37,219 nucleotides of DNA from a virus (taxonomy: Duplodnaviria; Caudoviricetes). This document shows, piece after piece, positions 33,747-37,219 of the stretch (within the stretch, counting starts at the first letter, position 1; every line of letters begins with the position of its first letter). Location: positions 1 to 37,219 of the IMG/VR virus record IMGVR_UViG_3300047463_000227. One strand, written 5' to 3'. The notes under the pieces are model-generated. The model was given only the letters and a program-made list of their open reading frames with translations, was not told the DNA's origin and searched no databases. Made by a program: the position numbers and the translations under genes.

Positions 33747-33993
33747 CTATGGCCTTGAGGATTTCAAGGAATGTCTCGCCAACATTGGCGTTTAGGTTCA
33801 CGTCCTTGGGCAGCAGCGAGGCAACTACCTTGACGTAGCTTTCCGGAGCCTTCTCAAGCGCTGCGTCGAGGGCGGACTTGCCATGCTGACGCCAGTGGCG
33901 CTCCAGGTCATTTAGAAACGCCTGTGTGATCTTGTCGCGCGATCCGCGCGGGCGACCCTTGGGGTTGCCTGTCTGTCCGGGCTTGAATGTCAT
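33661..33993 (-). CDS. terS: terminase small subunit (DUF5681 N-terminus)
   Basis: FKPGQTGNPKGRPRGSR, YVKVVASLLPK, upstream of terL. Confidence 0.85.
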   Translation of the reverse strand: MTFKPGQTGNPKGRPRGSRDKITQAFLNDLERHWRQHGKSALDAALEKAPESYVKVVASLLPKDVNLNANVGETFLEILKAIDEKRISASGPVVAGGVDGERDESAPVRH

Positions 33994-34029
33994 GGCCGTA
34001 TTGAATCCCCGCTGGTCCGACGCTTTGGG

Positions 34030-34575
34030 TCAAGACAGGTCGTTACAGCGGGCGAATTGGTTGAAGTTCTTAACTGCGGCGGCATTGTAGGCGGCAGCGG
34101 CCTCAATCTCGGTCTCGAAGCACCCGAGATATTTCTTGCGCCCCATGATGTAGATCAGCGCGCGCCAAGGACGCCGGCCCTCTATTCGATAGACACCCTT
34201 AAATTTGGAGGAACACCCGCCCGTTTTTCGTTTTTTTGCATTCTGAATGTTCTGTCGATTGTCGCAGAACCGCAGATTGCAGCGGCGATTGTCAAGCGCG
34301 TTCCCATTGATGTGGTCCACCATGATGCCCGCCGGGGCGCTCATAATGAGCCTGTGCAGCCTGATCGTTTCCTTGCCGCCGCCGATTTCCGAGGTGCGGC
34401 GCGCGTAAACCCTGCCGTCGGGCTTGACGTGGGCTTGCCACTTCCAACGGCAGACCAAGGCCACGTCTTCCGGGGAAATGATCGTCGAGTAGCCCTTTGT
34501 TAGGGGCACGGATACGCCCGCTCCCGCTTGTTCCTCAAGGGATACGGTATGCGTGTCGGTCTGCGGGCGATTCAT
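34030..34575 (-). CDS. HNH-AP2 homing endonuclease
   Basis: LHRLIM....VDHINGNALDNRRCNLR, SSKFKGV...WRA.I....YLG.F.TE.EAA.AYN.AA. Confidence 0.9.
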   Translation of the reverse strand: MNRPQTDTHTVSLEEQAGAGVSVPLTKGYSTIISPEDVALVCRWKWQAHVKPDGRVYARRTSEIGGGKETIRLHRLIMSAPAGIMVDHINGNALDNRRCNLRFCDNRQNIQNAKKRKTGGCSSKFKGVYRIEGRRPWRALIYIMGRKKYLGCFETEIEAAAAYNAAAVKNFNQFARCNDLS

Positions 34576-34598
34576 GGATAATTTGCCGCGCGAACGCT

Positions 34599-35081
34599 TC
34601 ACGCAGCCTGACGGAAATCTACAACTTTCCCGGCTGATTTGCGCCAACGAATGTGCGCCAAGGACTTCTGTTGTCTTGCAATGGCATAGGCGCACAATTC
34701 AGCAAGAGCCTTGAAATACTCACGTTGCAATGTGCGGATCGGCGTGTCGAGTTCATAGCTGATCTGCTTCCATTGTTTGCGTTCGGCGCGTTTCCAGACC
34801 GTGTGCCGCTGGATCTCGGTGAGTTGAGCGCCGCCAATCAGGACGAGAGCGAAATCAAGGCGGGTTATCGCGGCCCTCGATAGTGCGTGGACCGCCCGCC
34901 CCTTGCTGGCCGCTTCCTGACCGTAGTTTTCCCACCAATCGCGCACGGGCTTGGGCTGGGCAGATTGGTAGCCGGCGGGCTTGCACCCCGCTCCAGGCAT
35001 CACACGGAGGGTCAGCGCCGCATCCCGGAACAGCAGCTCGAGATATTTGGACCAGTTCTTGCGGGCTCGTCTCACGTCCAT
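34599..35081 (-). CDS. DUF6362-like late-gene regulator (Q/sigma-region-4-like)
   Basis: AA.TLR.MP...P.GY, AITRLD, VW.RA...WK.I...L, located before the packaging genes. Confidence 0.7.
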   Translation of the reverse strand: MDVRRARKNWSKYLELLFRDAALTLRVMPGAGCKPAGYQSAQPKPVRDWWENYGQEAASKGRAVHALSRAAITRLDFALVLIGGAQLTEIQRHTVWKRAERKQWKQISYELDTPIRTLQREYFKALAELCAYAIARQQKSLAHIRWRKSAGKVVDFRQAA

Positions 35082-35131
35082 ACACCCAAATTATCGGGGC
35101 CGGCCCTAATCGGACCAGCCCCGAAACACAA

Positions 35132-35383
35132 CTATTCTTCGTCGTCACCGACGCCGATCTGTGGGCGTGGCGTCGCCAGATATTCAATCTTCATGGCGTC
35201 CAAGGCGCGCTTAGACAGGGTATCAACCTGCCGAGCCTCCTGAATCGAGATTTCGCCGCGTCTAAATTGTCGCAACGCCTGGACGCATATCTTTCTGATT
35301 CCAGCCGCGTCCTTGACCAGCGCAGCCGTTGGCGGCGGAAGGACGGTTACGCTTGCGTTCTCTACGACGCTTAGTTTGGGCAT
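35132..35383 (-). CDS. hypothetical protein (83 aa)
   Basis: AGGAG SD, F.RGEIS..EA motif. Confidence 0.65.
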   Translation of the reverse strand: MPKLSVVENASVTVLPPPTAALVKDAAGIRKICVQALRQFRRGEISIQEARQVDTLSKRALDAMKIEYLATPRPQIGVGDDEE

Positions 35384-35816
35384 GTTTTATCTCCTGTTGC
35401 AAAAGGTCCAATATTCTCTCAGCGATCTCTTGGTCGTTTAGGCACCAACGGCATTCACGGCAGATCGCGTCTCCGTCGCCGCTTAAGCACTCCGGGTTTA
35501 ATTCACCGCACCAGGCGCAATCGGCGCGCGCATATTTTGCAAACACGCCATCAAACCTGTGTTTGCAGTATGTATCTAAGACCCAAAATGGGACTGGCGG
35601 GCCACCGCCCGAATACGGCAAATGCGCCAGAAAAGCGCCCGAATGAGCCGATCTTCCTCCCCACGAAAAAATTTCATCGGCACGGCATGACGCGTTGTGT
35701 GTTTTGCCGAGCGGCGCAGAACAAGGGGTCGATTCAGCGTGTTCTAGCGCCTTCCAAAAGGCGTATAAGCTGAAATCTCGCCAGCGGCGGGCGAGGCGCA
35801 GAAGTTCCACTGGCAT
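35262..35816 (-). CDS. possible Cys-rich (CxxC..CxxC) hypothetical protein
   Basis: Open frame in an AT-richer segment. It overlaps the next gene by about 120 nt and the start is uncertain. Confidence 0.3.
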   Translation of the reverse strand: MPVELLRLARRWRDFSLYAFWKALEHAESTPCSAPLGKTHNASCRADEIFSWGGRSAHSGAFLAHLPYSGGGPPVPFWVLDTYCKHRFDGVFAKYARADCAWCGELNPECLSGDGDAICRECRWCLNDQEIAERILDLLQQEIKHAQTKRRRERKRNRPSAANGCAGQGRGWNQKDMRPGVATI

Positions 35817-35907
35817 ATATTTATATTTTGCCGCTGTATTCCTCACGCCGCCCCCATCAGATGCTTGTGAACTTCGCAACCCATTGAAAATATGCATTTT
35901 TTAGCTG

Positions 35908-35942
35908 TTGACATCGTCAGCCTAGTTCCGTAATCTAGGAAC
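35908..35942 (+). promoter_or_regulatory. strong sigma70 promoter with an inverted repeat over the -10
   Basis: TTGACA (35908-35913)-N17-TAATCT (35931-35936), and GTTCC-N8-GGAAC at 35925-35942. Confidence 0.8.
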
Positions 35943-35995
35943 CATAGGGCGCGGCCATCGGGGCCAGCCACATAGGGTCGAAAGGACCGATTGAG

Positions 35996-36166
35996 ATGAC
36001 CAAAATACAGATGAAACCGGAAACCATCGAACGGCGCACCCGTGAACGCGCGGCCCGCCAGCTTCTCAATCGCTACATCCGCATTGGCCGACTGCAGCAA
36101 AAGGCCAAGGACGACCCCCACGGGCCATGGGCCGAATTGCTCGCCATCGAAACCCAAGCCGCCTAA
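35996..36166 (+). CDS. small hypothetical protein (56 aa), anti-defence candidate
   Basis: AAGGA SD, MTKIQMKPETIERRTRERAARQLLNRYIRIGRLQQKAKDDPHGPWAELLAIETQAA. Confidence 0.65.
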   Translation: MTKIQMKPETIERRTRERAARQLLNRYIRIGRLQQKAKDDPHGPWAELLAIETQAA

Positions 36167-36175
36167 CCGGGAGAT

Positions 36176-36364
36176 ATGAAGATGACCCCGCGCCAGACCC
36201 TCAACGCTCACGCCGATGCCATCGACGCGGCCATCGCAGCCCTCAAGCGCGACGCGGCCGAAATCTCCCGCACCCTCTCCAAGCCTGATGTTGACTGGCG
36301 AGACGTGACGGCGTGCAATCACATGCGGGCCGCCGCCGACGCCTACCTTGAGATGCGCGGATGA
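36176..36364 (+). CDS. small hypothetical protein (62 aa), anti-defence candidate
   Basis: GGGAG SD, helical, DVDW.DV motif. Confidence 0.7.
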   Translation: MKMTPRQTLNAHADAIDAAIAALKRDAAEISRTLSKPDVDWRDVTACNHMRAAADAYLEMRG

Positions 36365-36564
36365 CCCCAGCCGCTCTACGAACCTACGGCGAGGCTCTTT
36401 TCGGGCCTCGCTGGCAGACCGACCTAGCCCGTGCGCTGGAAGTCTCCGACCGCACCATCCGCTATTGGCTGTCCGGTAAGAAGCCGATACCGGACGGCGC
36501 GGAACAGGATATCCAGCGCCTTGCAGCCAAACGGCAGAAGATGCTGCGCCAGTTGTCACGGTAA
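36361..36564 (+). CDS. small HTH regulator, Aca-like
   Basis: MTPAAL...GEALFGPRWQTDLARALEVSDRTIRYWLSGKKPIP, last gene of the operon. Confidence 0.85.
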   Translation: MTPAALRTYGEALFGPRWQTDLARALEVSDRTIRYWLSGKKPIPDGAEQDIQRLAAKRQKMLRQLSR

Positions 36565-36605
36565 CAACCCCTTCGGCACTTCACAGTGGGGCTCGCCGGG
36601 CTTGG

Positions 36606-37219
36606 TCACTGACCTGAAGCCTCTCGGGCGCGTGTCTCCGCCGTGCTCACATAGAGCGGCTTGGGGCGCGGTGCGGAAAACTCTTGGGCCTTGGGCGACG
36701 CTACCGGCCTGACGGGCATTGCCGGCGGGCGGGTCGCCTTGCGCCAGTCGGTTTCGTCCTTGTTGGATTTGCCGTGATTGCAGCGCCCGCAAAGGACTTG
36801 AAGGTTGTTCGGGTCCAGCGCCAGCTTGGGGAATTTCGAGCGCGGCTTGATGTGGTCTACCTGGATGATGGCCCCGGAAGCGGCATCCGTACCGCAGCAC
36901 ATGCACTTGCCGCCGTAGCGTCTCAGCGTGTCATAGCGGAGTTGCAGCCATTCCTTGCTGTCGAAGAACGGATCGCCAGCGGATAAGCGATTGGAAATCT
37001 GGTCGAATGACGAAGCAAGGGCGTCGCCGATCTTCTGGGGTTCGGCCTCAAAGTCACGGTTCACCCGCGCAATCAGCCCGGCATAGAGCGTGTCAACCTC
37101 CGAATCGGTCATGGTTGCCAGCACCCGGGCAATTCGCGTGGCCCGACGAAACCGTGCCTGCTCGGCGGTGATGTCCGAGACATCGTGCGTATCACCATCA
37201 AGATCCCGGTACTCGGTCA
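36606..37219 (-). CDS. HNH endonuclease (start probably 1 nt beyond the window)
   Basis: EW..LRY..L..YG..C.CCG...VDHIKPRS..P.L.LD.NNLQVLC..CN.GKSN. The frame is open to the window edge, which ends in TG. Confidence 0.85.
   Translation of the reverse strand, partial: TEYRDLDGDTHDVSDITAEQARFRRATRIARVLATMTDSEVDTLYAGLIARVNRDFEAEPQKIGDALASSFDQISNRLSAGDPFFDSKEWLQLRYDTLRRYGGKCMCCGTDAASGAIIQVDHIKPRSKFPKLALDPNNLQVLCGRCNHGKSNKDETDWRKATRPPAMPVRPVASPKAQEFSAPRPKPLYVSTAETRAREASGQ

Overview
Most of the genome of a temperate-type, P22-like podovirus (Caudoviricetes), probably infecting an alphaproteobacterium and read in the circular/virion gene order. From left to right it holds: the rightward early operon (DUF1064 nuclease, GIY-YIG, CII-like regulator, cro); a 434-like cI/cro switch with four matching operators; a leftward early operon of tiny ORFs plus a recombination module; and a scar of three gene fragments where an integrase would be expected. 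The minus strand then carries lysis genes, a metallophosphoesterase, tail fibre/SPRY proteins, ejection proteins, an ART-like virion cargo protein, tail nozzle and adaptor, decoration protein, N4-gp56-type major capsid, scaffold, portal, terminase, a DUF6362 late regulator and HNH nucleases. The most notable items are: (1) three glycosyltransferases, led by an FlmG/FlbA-like TPR-GT, inside the head operon, a candidate virion-glycosylation system; (2) an acr-aca-like operon; (3) three RCGUCA-loop hairpins in front of the capsid gene; (4) an ART-like protein and a 'KIVCT'-domain protein among the tail/ejection genes. All family calls come from motif recognition by eye. No searches were run.
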